Shown in pieces: positions 37,281 through 46,940 of a stretch of 64,000 bases of DNA; positions within the stretch are counted from its first letter, which is position 1; every line of letters starts with the position of its first letter. Both the position numbers and the translations under genes were made by a program. The stretch lies in the IMG/VR virus record IMGVR_UViG_3300036985_002657, positions 13,137-77,136 of that record, one strand, 5' to 3'. The notes below the pieces were generated by a model, which saw only the letters and a list, made by a program, of their open reading frames with translations, had not been told where the DNA came from and made no database searches. Source of the DNA: a virus.

Positions 37281-37847
37281 TCACTCCCCCTCGACGTACT
37301 CCTCGCCGTCGTCCTCGGACTCCTCGCCTTCGTCGGCGTCCTCGGACTCCCCGCCTTCGTCCTCGTCTTCGGCAGACTCGGTCGAGAGATCCCCCGAGTC
37401 GATGAGCTTGCCGATATGCGTGAGAAGCGCCGCGACCAGCGCGGCGTCATCGATCATGCCCTCGTCCTCGAGGTGCGCGACAAGCTCCTCGGCCTCCTCG
37501 GGAGTGACACCGCCGAGAGTCGCCATCATCTCGGCGAGCAGGTCGCCGGGCAGTGCCATCACACTCTCGGTGAGGATCTCGAGATTGTCGCCCTCGAGCG
37601 CAGTGCCCGTGTCCGAGAGCGCCTCGGGATCGAGCTCGTCGCAGCAGGCCGCGAGTTCCTCGGCGTTGGCCTCGAGCAGTGGGATCAGTTCGCCGAAGCG
37701 ACCCGCCCCGTTCTCCTGCATATCGTCACCGCCCTCGGCGGTGTCGCCGGGCTCGACCTCGGCGGTGTCGCCGCCAGTCGAATCCTCGGTGCCGGGCTTC
37801 GGACCTGCGCTTGCGAACGCCGCCATCTTGTTCGGGTCGATTGCCAT
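37281..37847 (-). CDS. Highly acidic protein
   Basis: 188 aa with Asp/Glu-rich body and tail; AGGAG RBS. Confidence 0.65.
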   Translation of the reverse strand: MAIDPNKMAAFASAGPKPGTEDSTGGDTAEVEPGDTAEGGDDMQENGAGRFGELIPLLEANAEELAACCDELDPEALSDTGTALEGDNLEILTESVMALPGDLLAEMMATLGGVTPEEAEELVAHLEDEGMIDDAALVAALLTHIGKLIDSGDLSTESAEDEDEGGESEDADEGEESEDDGEEYVEGE

Positions 37848-37889
37848 CTCAGACTCTCCTCATGGGCTGTCGAGCCCGATGCTACTGGT

Positions 37890-38861
37890 TCACTGCTTTG
37901 GGCGCAAGTTGACACGCCGCCCATTCTGAAACACCCAGCCGGGAACTCCCCACGCCTTCAGCCAGGGCGTGAGGACTGCGCGATCGTTCGGGCGGTTCGG
38001 CGGCTGCGCCCACGACTGCCCGACCATATGCTGAAACCCGCGACTCGCCTTCTTGCCGTGCCCGACTGCGGACCCGCGCGGGAGTCCGGGCGGCATGGTG
38101 AACTGCCCACCGATCGCCGCGACCTGCCCGTGCATGGCGAACGAATCGACAGCCACCCGGTTGTCGAATGGCTGCCCGGTAGCGTCATCGATCAGCTCAG
38201 TCCAGCGCATCTTCAACCCGCGCACACTGCGCGCGAGTTCCTTGATCCCGTCCGCCTGCGCGACATTGTAGGCGACAGCCGATTCGGTGCGGACGATCCG
38301 CTCAACCTGCCACCACTGGTTCTCGAGCTCGTCGTTGACCGCTGCGACCATGTCACGGACGCGCGCACCCTCGGTGTTTGCGACATCGTGTAGACGGCGC
38401 TTGATCTTCAACTCGACCTCGCGTGCGAGTCGAGTCATCGCTTGCTTGCGCGCGGCCTCGATCAGAGTGCGTCGGTGCGCGACGAGCGAGCGTACTACGG
38501 TGTCATCGTTGAGTGAGCCCGCGTCTCCGTTCACCCGCTCGACGAAGCCGCCGAGTCCTCGCAGCGACTCCTCGAGCGTGCCGCGCGTTGCGGACGCGAG
38601 TGCTGTGCCGATTCGATCGGTCATCGCGCGGACGTGCCCAGACACCGTGCCTTGCATCCGATGAATGGCCGAGTGATCTGCCGGGAGCATCAACCGCCCC
38701 TTCTCCGACGCGCGGACTGCTCGGTGCATGATCCCGCCCTCGATGTTGAACGCAGAACGCGCGGGGCGCATCGCAGTGCGATCAATGACTCGGTCCATGC
38801 GCGCACGGGCACTGCGCACCTCGGTCACAGCGCGGGCTCGCGTCGGCGGCGGCTTAGCCAT
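37890..38861 (-). CDS. Head morphogenesis protein (Mu gpF/SPP1 gp7-like)
   Basis: ERIVRTE...AYN, D.R..DS..MHGQV, PPNRPNDR. Confidence 0.8.
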   Translation of the reverse strand: MAKPPPTRARAVTEVRSARARMDRVIDRTAMRPARSAFNIEGGIMHRAVRASEKGRLMLPADHSAIHRMQGTVSGHVRAMTDRIGTALASATRGTLEESLRGLGGFVERVNGDAGSLNDDTVVRSLVAHRRTLIEAARKQAMTRLAREVELKIKRRLHDVANTEGARVRDMVAAVNDELENQWWQVERIVRTESAVAYNVAQADGIKELARSVRGLKMRWTELIDDATGQPFDNRVAVDSFAMHGQVAAIGGQFTMPPGLPRGSAVGHGKKASRGFQHMVGQSWAQPPNRPNDRAVLTPWLKAWGVPGWVFQNGRRVNLRPKQ

Positions 38862-39312
38862 CCACAGACTCCCAACGGGCGCAGGACGCGAGTGCTTCCA
38901 CAACCGCGTCAGCAGTCGCAGTGATGTCCTGCACCGCAGCACAGGTGCCCTCAGAGCCGTTGCGGGGCTGGTAGAACGTGCAGCGGTCGCAGACTCGGCC
39001 ACCACTGCCGACTTGGGCGAGCCCGCTGAACTCGGGCCGGATGAACGCTGCGCGGTCTGGCGCAGGATGCACGGCTACGATCGGCGGGCCGAAGACGTGG
39101 TACGCGCAACAGGCGTCCTGCGGCGCGACGGTGTCGGGATCGTGCACGACACAGTTCTCATCGTCAGCACACCACAGCAGACAGTTCCCGCAGAACTTCC
39201 GTGATCGGTCGGTGTTCGCTTGCGCGTACATCACCTGCCCGAGAGTCGGGCGCGGGATCGAATCTGCGAGTGCTGCGTTCGGGTCAGCGAAGATGGCGAG
39301 GAATCGGCTCAC
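38854..39312 (-). CDS. Cys-rich protein with two HiPIP-like repeats
   Basis: CGNCLLW..C..H..V....CC.YH and CDRCTFY...C..V...V....SCARW. Confidence 0.5.
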   Translation of the reverse strand: MSRFLAIFADPNAALADSIPRPTLGQVMYAQANTDRSRKFCGNCLLWCADDENCVVHDPDTVAPQDACCAYHVFGPPIVAVHPAPDRAAFIRPEFSGLAQVGSGGRVCDRCTFYQPRNGSEGTCAAVQDITATADAVVEALASCARWESVDG

Positions 39313-39626
39313 AGCACACCTCGGGTCAGAACAGACAGCGACCAGTTCCACAGGCGGGTCTTGAGGCCGCAGACGGTGGCGATAACCCACCACCGCCAGA
39401 GAACGAACCAGGCGAGTCGAAGTGCTGCCTGCGGTGTGATCGACAGCACGACCGGCGAGCTTCGCCCGTAGTACAGGTCGAAGGCGTCACCGCGCGAGAT
39501 CACCGTCAACCGCCGCCCGTCGAGTTCGACGTGACTCCACGCCTGCGCCGCACCGGGCGGGCGCAGCGTGCCGCCGTCCTGCACAACGAGCTTCTGCGAC
39601 ACCCACAGAGCGACCCGCTCACTCAT
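39309..39626 (-). CDS. Hypothetical protein
   Basis: Coupled ORF with Trp-rich C-terminus. Confidence 0.45.
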   Translation of the reverse strand: MSERVALWVSQKLVVQDGGTLRPPGAAQAWSHVELDGRRLTVISRGDAFDLYYGRSSPVVLSITPQAALRLAWFVLWRWWVIATVCGLKTRLWNWSLSVLTRGVL

Positions 39627-40020
39627 CGTTCTGCGCACGGTCGGCGTCATGCACGGTATCGTGACACGACTTGCAGATCGTGACGATGCTGTTCGGGTCG
39701 TTGGAGTGATCCTTCTTCTTCAGCCAAGCCGACGCAGGGTTCTCGAGTCCGCCCTTGTGGTGTAACTGAATCCCGCCCGTATCGGCCCCGCCCTTGCGCC
39801 CGCAGACTTTGCAGGTGTAGTCGTCGCGCCGGAAGACGAACAGCACGAGTGACGGGCTCAACCCCCCGCGTCCCGCGCTGGCGAGGACTACGCCCTTCGC
39901 CTTGGCTTCCATGCGCAGCTTGTGGAGCGCGTGACGCTCCTCGCGCGAAAGCTCCGGCTTGCCGCCCTCTCGATCCTTATTCCGTTTCCAGACCTCGAGT
40001 GCGCGCGCCACAGTGATCAC
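39619..40020 (-). CDS. HNH endonuclease (packaging-associated type)
   Basis: VFRRDDYTCKVCG, LHH, NDPNSIVTICKSCHD. Confidence 0.8.
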   Translation of the reverse strand: MITVARALEVWKRNKDREGGKPELSREERHALHKLRMEAKAKGVVLASAGRGGLSPSLVLFVFRRDDYTCKVCGRKGGADTGGIQLHHKGGLENPASAWLKKKDHSNDPNSIVTICKSCHDTVHDADRAQNDE

Positions 40021-40481
40021 CCTTTGACGTAGCGTTTCTTACCGCTCTTGCTGATCACGAACTCGCCGCCCTTCTTGCCAGTTTGGACGGCTTGGTGCAT
40101 GGCCTGATCATGCGGAGTAGCGCGGCCTGCGGTGCCATGCGACGCAGAGTGCATGGCGCGGGCGCGCTCGGCTGCGTGAGTGCGCTCCATCGACTCACGC
40201 ATCGTCATCATACCTTGGCGGCGACTCTCCTGCGCCATCGGCGCGTGCATCGCTTCCGAACGCTTCCTCATCGCCTCGGCCTCGTGACGCGCCGCGTCGG
40301 CGTGGTGCATGTCAGCGATGCCGGGAGAGAGCCGCGCCTGCTCGCGATGATAGGTAGCGACGCGATCGTGCTGATCAGGCGTCATCGCGGCATCGCGCTC
40401 GGCGTCGCTCATCTCCGAAGCACGACGACGAGACGACATTCCAAACGAACCACGAACCGGACCACGAGATCGCATGACCAT
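40017..40481 (-). CDS. Basic His/Met-rich protein with PBCV basic-adaptor-like C-terminus
   Basis: Ends QTGKKGGEFVISKSGKKRYVKG. Confidence 0.6.
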   Translation of the reverse strand: MVMRSRGPVRGSFGMSSRRRASEMSDAERDAAMTPDQHDRVATYHREQARLSPGIADMHHADAARHEAEAMRKRSEAMHAPMAQESRRQGMMTMRESMERTHAAERARAMHSASHGTAGRATPHDQAMHQAVQTGKKGGEFVISKSGKKRYVKG

Positions 40482-40491
40482 CGCTCACCTC

Positions 40492-40749
40492 CTAGACGTA
40501 TCGCTTCTTGCCGCTCTTGCTGATCACGAACTGGCCGCCCTTCTTGCCAGTCTGGGTGACATAAGCCTTCCCGCCGACCGCCGTTGACCCAGCACTAAGC
40601 CGCGCAGCTTTCTCGCCGATTGATTCTGTTCGAGCCTGCCCACGGTGCGTCGCTCGCGCCGCAGCCACTCGGGCCTTGTGCGCGGTAGCCGACTCGCCAG
40701 GTCGCCGGATTACATACCGTGTATCAAAACGTCCAGCTCCTACAGCCAT
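40492..40749 (-). CDS. Small basic protein with PBCV basic-adaptor-like C-terminus
   Basis: Ends QTGKKGGQFVISKSGKKRYV. Confidence 0.6.
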   Translation of the reverse strand: MAVGAGRFDTRYVIRRPGESATAHKARVAAARATHRGQARTESIGEKAARLSAGSTAVGGKAYVTQTGKKGGQFVISKSGKKRYV

Positions 40750-40762
40750 CGCTCATCTCCTC

Positions 40763-41170
40763 TCAGGTGCCGGGACCGGCAACGATCTTGTCAACGCCGG
40801 GACCACGATTGATCTCGACGATGCAGTGACTCGGTGCCTTCGCCAACTGCCGCTCCATCTGCGGAGTGCAGGACTTGCAGGCGTAGACGACCGACACGCG
40901 GAAGTAGGGCTTCGCCATGCCTTCGCTGTCCTTGATCTGGACGATATGGGGCATGAGCTCCTCCGGCCCCATCGCGGCGATCGCCTGCACCGCCGGGTTC
41001 TTCATCGCCTCTTTGATCTCCATCATCACGAGCGCCCGAGTCATCGGTCGCATCCCACAGCCGGAGCAGCGCGCGTTGATCGGGAAGGCGTACCTCGCGT
41101 GAACTTCCTCGGCAGTGCGACGCCCGCCAAACAGCTTCTGTCGGTGTATCGGAGTCACGGTGCTCATCAT
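40763..41170 (-). CDS. Zn-finger protein
   Basis: CSGC ... CKSC. Confidence 0.55.
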   Translation of the reverse strand: MMSTVTPIHRQKLFGGRRTAEEVHARYAFPINARCSGCGMRPMTRALVMMEIKEAMKNPAVQAIAAMGPEELMPHIVQIKDSEGMAKPYFRVSVVYACKSCTPQMERQLAKAPSHCIVEINRGPGVDKIVAGPGT

Positions 41171-41616
41171 GCCCTCATCGTAGTTGGCTCAGCCGCGCCG
41201 TACAAGTCCACCATGCCGCGCCAGCCGTCTTCGTTGAACGGTGCGGCGCGGTCATCGATGAACACGTCGGCTCCTGGCTTGCCGGAGTGTTCCCACACCA
41301 GCGCGAAAACGCCAGGCAGTTCCTTCTTCACGAAGGCGAGCATCTGGTCATAGCGTGCCTGGTTGATCTGCCGACTGCGCTCCGCAGTCGCCTTGTGCGC
41401 CTTGCGGACTCCTGCCGCTACCAACGGGTCGATCACACTGGCATCTCGCAGCCACGGGCTCGCTCGCCCGCTGAACAGGATCAGAACGTGGCCCGCCGCC
41501 TTCATGCGCAGCAGGGCCGACTTCGCGCCAGGCAGGAACCGCAGCGGCGTCGTCGTGTCGTCGTAGGGCTGAGCGTCGCTGACGATCGTGCCGTCGAAGT
41601 CGATGGCGATGATCAT
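41167..41616 (-). CDS. HAD-superfamily phosphatase (capless)
   Basis: IAIDFDGTI, LFSGR, KP.ADVFIDDRA. Confidence 0.85.
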   Translation of the reverse strand: MIIAIDFDGTIVSDAQPYDDTTTPLRFLPGAKSALLRMKAAGHVLILFSGRASPWLRDASVIDPLVAAGVRKAHKATAERSRQINQARYDQMLAFVKKELPGVFALVWEHSGKPGADVFIDDRAAPFNEDGWRGMVDLYGAAEPTTMRA

Positions 41617-42044
41617 CGGCGCTTGCCCTTCCGCACCGTCAGCTTCGTGTCCACAGCGAGCGCGGCGATCACTCGATTCTCGTCACGACACCTGAACCGC
41701 TTGACCGCGCTCTGCTCCTCAACCGCTGCGTCAAGCCAGCCGCGTTGAACGAAGGTGCGCAGCGTCGGCCAGTCGGTCTTCCACCGCGCCAGCCAGAAGT
41801 CGGCAGTGCGCCAGCCCTCGAGCGGGTTCAGCGCGCCTTGCCTGACAGCGCGGTACTCGAGCTCGTCGGCAGCATCGTAGGCGGGCACACCGGCTCTGTA
41901 GGGGCTGTCGGGCGAACTCGGGTCCACGCGCTCGTCCTCGAGCACGCTACCGTCCTTGCGGCGCGGTAGCGTGGGCGCGGGGCGGCTCAGGCGTCCTGAC
42001 GCCCACGCCACACGTCCGCCGAGGATGACGCGAGTCGCCATCAC
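41613..42044 (-). CDS. Hypothetical protein
   Basis: 143 aa coupled to the portal gene. Confidence 0.5.
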   Translation of the reverse strand: MMATRVILGGRVAWASGRLSRPAPTLPRRKDGSVLEDERVDPSSPDSPYRAGVPAYDAADELEYRAVRQGALNPLEGWRTADFWLARWKTDWPTLRTFVQRGWLDAAVEEQSAVKRFRCRDENRVIAALAVDTKLTVRKGKRR

Positions 42045-43972
42045 TCCTCCTCGGGCAGCGCCGGTTCTCCGGGCGCTGCGGGCTCCTTACCAGTCTCCGG
42101 CGTTGCGTCGGTAACAGGCTTGACCGTCGGCTTCTCCGACATCATTCGAGTGACGCTCTCCTCGCTGACTTGCGGGAAGGCGTTGAGGATCACTTCGGCT
42201 GCTGCCACTGCGGGCAGCGTGCCTGCGTAGACTTGCGACAGCACACCGATCAAGGCGTTGACCTGCGCGCCGTTCAGGGTGTCGGAGACTTCGCCAGGAA
42301 CCGGCCACTCCTCCTCGGCGAAAGGCTCCTCGACAGGGATCTCCTCCTCGACAGGCTCCTCGTATGCGGTGTCGTAGGCTGCCGCAGGATCGGCTGCCGC
42401 AGTCGCGGCCGCGAGCTTCTCGACGAGTGCCGCCGTGTCCTCGATGCCGAAATAGTGCGCGATGAAACGAACACCGTGCTCGAGATCGGTTAGGCCGTAG
42501 TTCATGGCCTTGCCTGCGGCGTCCACAGCACTCGTGATCTCGGTCAGCGTAGGCTCAGCCCAATCCGGCCAGTCGAGCTCGAGCATCTGGCCCTTGCCGA
42601 TCTGATGCTCGGTGCCCTCCTTCGTACGCGGCAGTCGAATGACAGAGCGCGTGATGCGCGGCAGATCGCCGCCACGATCCACGACAGGCGTGCTGAGCTT
42701 GCGCGCTGCGCGGAGCAGCATCTCGAGCAGTCGCTTGACTCCGCGCTCGCCGTACTGCTCTCGCAGAATGTCGGCCTGCTCGATCATGTTCGAGTAGTTC
42801 TGCGTCACCTCGGCTTCGGTGCGCGCGGGTCCGCTGAAGTTATCATCGAGGACGCAGCGCGTGATTCGGAGCACACGCTTCTCGAGCTCTGCGGCGAACT
42901 CGAGTGCTGCCTTCGGACCCGCGCCACTGATCTCCAAGTACGACACGCTGCCACCGCTGCTCGTCTTGATCGCGTTGTCGCTGCCCTTGCGCAGCCCGTC
43001 GGGAATGTCGTCGTCGGTCGAGATATGCAACGTCGGATCGCAGTTCGACAGGATGCCGCGATTCGCCTGCGAGAGCAGCGAGTCGATCGTCTCGATATTG
43101 TCGTACACGCCATGGCAGTCGGGGTCGCCATCGATGTCGTCCTGCACTTCGTTGTTCTGCACCCACACCACAGGGCAGAAGCCGAAGTCGTGAGTCGTGA
43201 CGATCGACTTGTGCTGCGTCCAGCGCGGCTCCTCGCCTGCGTTGACAGGGACACGCGGCCAGAGCGTGTCGTCAGTCTCCGTGATGATCCGGCGATACCA
43301 GAACCAGCCTTCGACCATCAGCCCCGTCTCAGCGTCGCGGGTCATGTCGGGATACTGATACCGCTTCTCGATCTTCTCGAGCACGAGCTCCTCACGGTCG
43401 GCGAAGTGCGGGAAGCACCAGCGCGGATCGTGAACTTCGATCTTCGGCTTGCCGTCGCGGAACACGAAGCCGACGGCGACAGTGCCCATCGCGCCGCCGT
43501 AGCTGCGGGCGAGCACCATTCGGGACCACAGCCGCGTGCTCTCGATCACAGCGGTCAACCAGGCGTCGGTGTCGGGGTCGTCTACGACAACGAGCTTCGG
43601 GTGATGCTGCGAGCCGAACAGCAGGCCGGTGAACCGATTGACGATCACCTTGGCAAGATAGTACGGCGCAGTCGGCTTTCGGAACTTGAGCGGCAGAGTC
43701 GAGTTCCCTGCGTCGTAGAACCCGCCGGGAATGAACCCCGCCGTGGCGATGGCTTCGTTCTCGATATGCCCCGTCGCCTGACGCCCGTCCCAGTCGGTCT
43801 GCCGCTGGTGATAGTTCATGCAGCGATAGAACGCCCACAGGTGCCCGAGCAACTGCTGCCGCTCAGTGAGCGCGTCAGTCGGCCCACCGCCCTCCTGCAC
43901 GAGTCCAGGCGCGGAGGGGCCGCGAAGCATCTGACCGACCTGACCGACGTTGGCGCGCGTTCCAGAGCTCAT
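42041..43972 (-). CDS. Portal protein (SPP1-like) with acidic C-terminal extension
   Basis: KVIVNRFTGLLFG, HDFGFCPVVWVQN, G..D, YLE..G; lies between terL and the gpF-like gene. Confidence 0.85.
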   Translation of the reverse strand: MSSGTRANVGQVGQMLRGPSAPGLVQEGGGPTDALTERQQLLGHLWAFYRCMNYHQRQTDWDGRQATGHIENEAIATAGFIPGGFYDAGNSTLPLKFRKPTAPYYLAKVIVNRFTGLLFGSQHHPKLVVVDDPDTDAWLTAVIESTRLWSRMVLARSYGGAMGTVAVGFVFRDGKPKIEVHDPRWCFPHFADREELVLEKIEKRYQYPDMTRDAETGLMVEGWFWYRRIITETDDTLWPRVPVNAGEEPRWTQHKSIVTTHDFGFCPVVWVQNNEVQDDIDGDPDCHGVYDNIETIDSLLSQANRGILSNCDPTLHISTDDDIPDGLRKGSDNAIKTSSGGSVSYLEISGAGPKAALEFAAELEKRVLRITRCVLDDNFSGPARTEAEVTQNYSNMIEQADILREQYGERGVKRLLEMLLRAARKLSTPVVDRGGDLPRITRSVIRLPRTKEGTEHQIGKGQMLELDWPDWAEPTLTEITSAVDAAGKAMNYGLTDLEHGVRFIAHYFGIEDTAALVEKLAAATAAADPAAAYDTAYEEPVEEEIPVEEPFAEEEWPVPGEVSDTLNGAQVNALIGVLSQVYAGTLPAVAAAEVILNAFPQVSEESVTRMMSEKPTVKPVTDATPETGKEPAAPGEPALPEEE

Positions 43973-44012
43973 GCGTCTCCTCTATCACGAGCCATCGCTG
44001 AACGCGAGTCGA

Positions 44013-44612
44013 TCAGAACTGCGGAGCGAACTCCACGTCGATCATAAACCCAGCGCCGCCGGTCGGCGCAGTGATCCCCTGCGCGTACAGATAGTCGCCA
44101 GCCTGAAGCGTGCGCAGCGCGAGAGTCGCGGGAACACCCGTCGCCGTGCTGAACGCACCGCCGCCCTGAACGAGCGTGATCGTGAGAAGCTGCGTCATCG
44201 CGCCTGCGCGTCTGCGCCAGACTTCGACGACAGCGGACCCGGTGCCGTCGGCCATCTGGTGCAAGTCGATCGCAGTGATGACTCGAGCAGCCGCGATGTT
44301 CGAGTTGCCCCAGAGAGCCATCGCCGCCGTCGACACGACGCCTGCGGACCCGAGCGTTGTGGGGAACGGGCCGCGCGGATTGAAGTGCACGGCGTCGGGC
44401 GCTTGATCGGTCATCCCGAGATACGCGGTGTCGAACGGCCCTGCGGCAGACGCGGACTCCTCGACCATCAGCGCGCCGTTGCTGCCGAGCAGCGCGAGAG
44501 CGCGAGCGGCAGTGATGTTCAGACAGATCGCTTGGCGTCCGCGCAAAACACCCATGAACGGATACGGCAGCGCGACAGGCTCGATCGACGGATTGCGAAT
44601 GATGGCGGGCAT
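44013..44612 (-). CDS. Hypothetical virion protein
   Basis: 199 aa; C-terminal beta domain L.AGDYL....T.P...AG. Confidence 0.55.
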   Translation of the reverse strand: MPAIIRNPSIEPVALPYPFMGVLRGRQAICLNITAARALALLGSNGALMVEESASAAGPFDTAYLGMTDQAPDAVHFNPRGPFPTTLGSAGVVSTAAMALWGNSNIAAARVITAIDLHQMADGTGSAVVEVWRRRAGAMTQLLTITLVQGGGAFSTATGVPATLALRTLQAGDYLYAQGITAPTGGAGFMIDVEFAPQF

Positions 44613-44614
44613 GA

Positions 44615-44947
44615 TCAGGCCAGATCCCCTGGCGTGACGCCAGCCATCGCGTTGAACACGCCTTTGATCTTACTCGTCACCACAGCGTCGTCGGCGACTG
44701 CCGCCATGTTCACGTCACTGAAGTCGAGCGCGACGTTGCGCACGAGACAGCCGACGAACGCGCTGCTGCGGTCACTGACCCACGACAGCGCGAGATTGCT
44801 GCGCTTCGCCGTGACGTTCGGGTGCACGGCGTCGAGAGGCTCATCGCAGACCTTCAGCGCGACACGGATGCCGAGCAGCGTGACTCGCCGGATGAACGCC
44901 GCGTCGTTGAACAGGGCTTCTGCTTGATCGAGAGTGATGAGCGCCAT
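44615..44947 (-). CDS. Hypothetical protein
   Basis: 110 aa following the LamG fibre gene. Confidence 0.5.
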   Translation of the reverse strand: MALITLDQAEALFNDAAFIRRVTLLGIRVALKVCDEPLDAVHPNVTAKRSNLALSWVSDRSSAFVGCLVRNVALDFSDVNMAAVADDAVVTSKIKGVFNAMAGVTPGDLA

Positions 44948-44972
44948 AGTCGTCCGTCCTTGTCAGTCGCAC

Positions 44973-46937
44973 TCAGGCGACGAGAATCCGTGCGTTGAGT
45001 CCGAGCGCGCGTTCGATCGACTGCATCTCGCCAGCGGAGAGAGCGCGGTTGTAGATGAGGACGCGATTGAGCGAGCCGGGCCAGAAAAGCGCGGGTCCAT
45101 TTCGAGCGAACAGGTCAAGCGGGTAGCTGCCGAACACGCCTGTATTGTTCGCCATGATCACCGGAGTCCCCGCTACGGTGGAACCGTTGCGCCTAAACGT
45201 CACCTCTGGACTGGGCGCAGAGAAGTCGTTTTGCTGCGTGTAAACGATGCCAGCCGCCAGCGTCTCTGTAATGGAATACTGGTTATAGCCGACGTTACCG
45301 CCCGCTGTCCCGGTGATAACGGCGGCGCTGCCGTTGACAGACGCCTCAAAGATTCCGTTGGCCGAGGGGATAGCGGAAGACGCGCCGAGAGACATAACCG
45401 CGCCAACCGCAGCGCCTGCAAACGCATCCTTGATGACCATGACCACCGTGATCGCCTGCGCGCCAGCCAACTGCGAGATCGACGCCGTGCTCGTCAGCAC
45501 GTCACCGACGCCGTTGCCCGTGTACGTCGGCTGCCCGTTGATCGCGGCGTCGCGCGTGATCGTGCCGTTGAAGATGTAGCCGTTCTTTCGGTCGAGGATG
45601 CTCGTCAGCGCACCCGCAGAGTCGAGCGCGGGGTTGATGTCGATGACCAGGCCGCTGATGCTGGCGGGGTCGAAGGGAGCTGTGACGGGGAGGGCGTATG
45701 GCTCACCGATGCGGGCGTTGGCGTAGTACAGCGGGCCGAGGGCGTATCGCCCGCAGTACAGAGCAGCCTGCGTCTGCGTGACTGCGATCCCCTGCGGTCC
45801 CGTGCCGTTGCCAGCGGCAGCGCCAGTGACAGTCATATGCGCGGCGGGTCGGTCGCTCTCAGCGGTCATCACTATGTTGCGGCCGAACGTGAGCCCGTTG
45901 GAACTGAACTGCCCGACGTTCGCTACCTGCTCCGTGATCACGGCAATGCCGGGGCGACTGTCTTGCCCATTGTAGGTCGCGTTCCCGATCGTGTAGTACG
46001 CGCTCGCAGAACTCGCCTCACCAGTGCCATAGATCGGTGAGAAGCGAAACGACGTGCGGCCCGACAGCATCGCAGTCGGCGTGACCGGCCACGTCATATC
46101 GTCGCCTGCGCGGAGCACTGCGAGGTTCGTCGTGCGGACGTAAGAACTCGGCGCGTTGAACGCGGAACCGCCGATCAGATTGCTCTTGACATCGAAGCCC
46201 CAGACTTCGACCGATTGCGCGGTGCCCGCTGCGTCGTTCTGAACCCCGATCGCCGGGACCGTCGCGCCCGTGCCCCAGTTACGCAGATCCTCGATGCGAG
46301 TCCACGTCGTCCCAACCGCCTTGTCCACGGTGATCGGAGCGGTCGCGTCGCGGAGCAGAAACGATATCCTGACGTTTCCCGGTCCCGCTGGGCGGCGCAC
46401 CCAGACGGTTGTGACGTAGAACGCGGCGTCGGCGGTGCCCGCGATGGTGCGAGTTACCTTGTCGGTGGCGACCGACGTGAACGTGACGGTCTTGCAATCG
46501 ACCTGTCCATCGGGCGCAGTCGTGACACCGGCCCCGACCGTCGCGCCGGTCTTCGTCCAACTCGCGTCGTCGAGCGCCTCCGAGTACAGGCACAGGTTCG
46601 TCTGCGGTGCCTCAAACAAATACAAACCCGACACCCCATCGCGCTTGTCCTCGCGGATCGTGTCGTTGCCAGCCCACGAGAGGAACCCACCCGCCGTGTT
46701 CGGCGGCGCGGTGTAGTAGCTGGCTTCGGTGGCGCGCGTGAAGGTGCCACCGCCGCCGGGCTTGAACGACACGAGCGGGCGCAGCCCACCGGCACCTGAC
46801 GATCCGCCGTCAAAGAAGTTTCGCTCGAGTACGTCGAGAAAGCTCTGCTGGTACAGACTCGACCCGTGGCACAGGCCGCGATTGCGGCGTGCGTGACGCC
46901 GCACCGTCTCGAGCTCGTCAGCGGCGTATCGGATCAT
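44973..46937 (-). CDS. Fibre/spike protein with carbohydrate-binding and LamG (ConA-like) domains
   Basis: TFTRATEASY, LFEAPQTNLCLYSE..D..SW, PSSYVRT, C-terminal W.G....VLIYNRALS..E. Confidence 0.75.
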   Translation of the reverse strand: MIRYAADELETVRRHARRNRGLCHGSSLYQQSFLDVLERNFFDGGSSGAGGLRPLVSFKPGGGGTFTRATEASYYTAPPNTAGGFLSWAGNDTIREDKRDGVSGLYLFEAPQTNLCLYSEALDDASWTKTGATVGAGVTTAPDGQVDCKTVTFTSVATDKVTRTIAGTADAAFYVTTVWVRRPAGPGNVRISFLLRDATAPITVDKAVGTTWTRIEDLRNWGTGATVPAIGVQNDAAGTAQSVEVWGFDVKSNLIGGSAFNAPSSYVRTTNLAVLRAGDDMTWPVTPTAMLSGRTSFRFSPIYGTGEASSASAYYTIGNATYNGQDSRPGIAVITEQVANVGQFSSNGLTFGRNIVMTAESDRPAAHMTVTGAAAGNGTGPQGIAVTQTQAALYCGRYALGPLYYANARIGEPYALPVTAPFDPASISGLVIDINPALDSAGALTSILDRKNGYIFNGTITRDAAINGQPTYTGNGVGDVLTSTASISQLAGAQAITVVMVIKDAFAGAAVGAVMSLGASSAIPSANGIFEASVNGSAAVITGTAGGNVGYNQYSITETLAAGIVYTQQNDFSAPSPEVTFRRNGSTVAGTPVIMANNTGVFGSYPLDLFARNGPALFWPGSLNRVLIYNRALSAGEMQSIERALGLNARILVA

Positions 46938-46940
46938 GGC

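Noticed and set aside
40017-40749. Diversity-generating retroelement TR/VR pair
   Set aside because: Differences are mostly synonymous and not adenine-specific, and no reverse transcriptase is present
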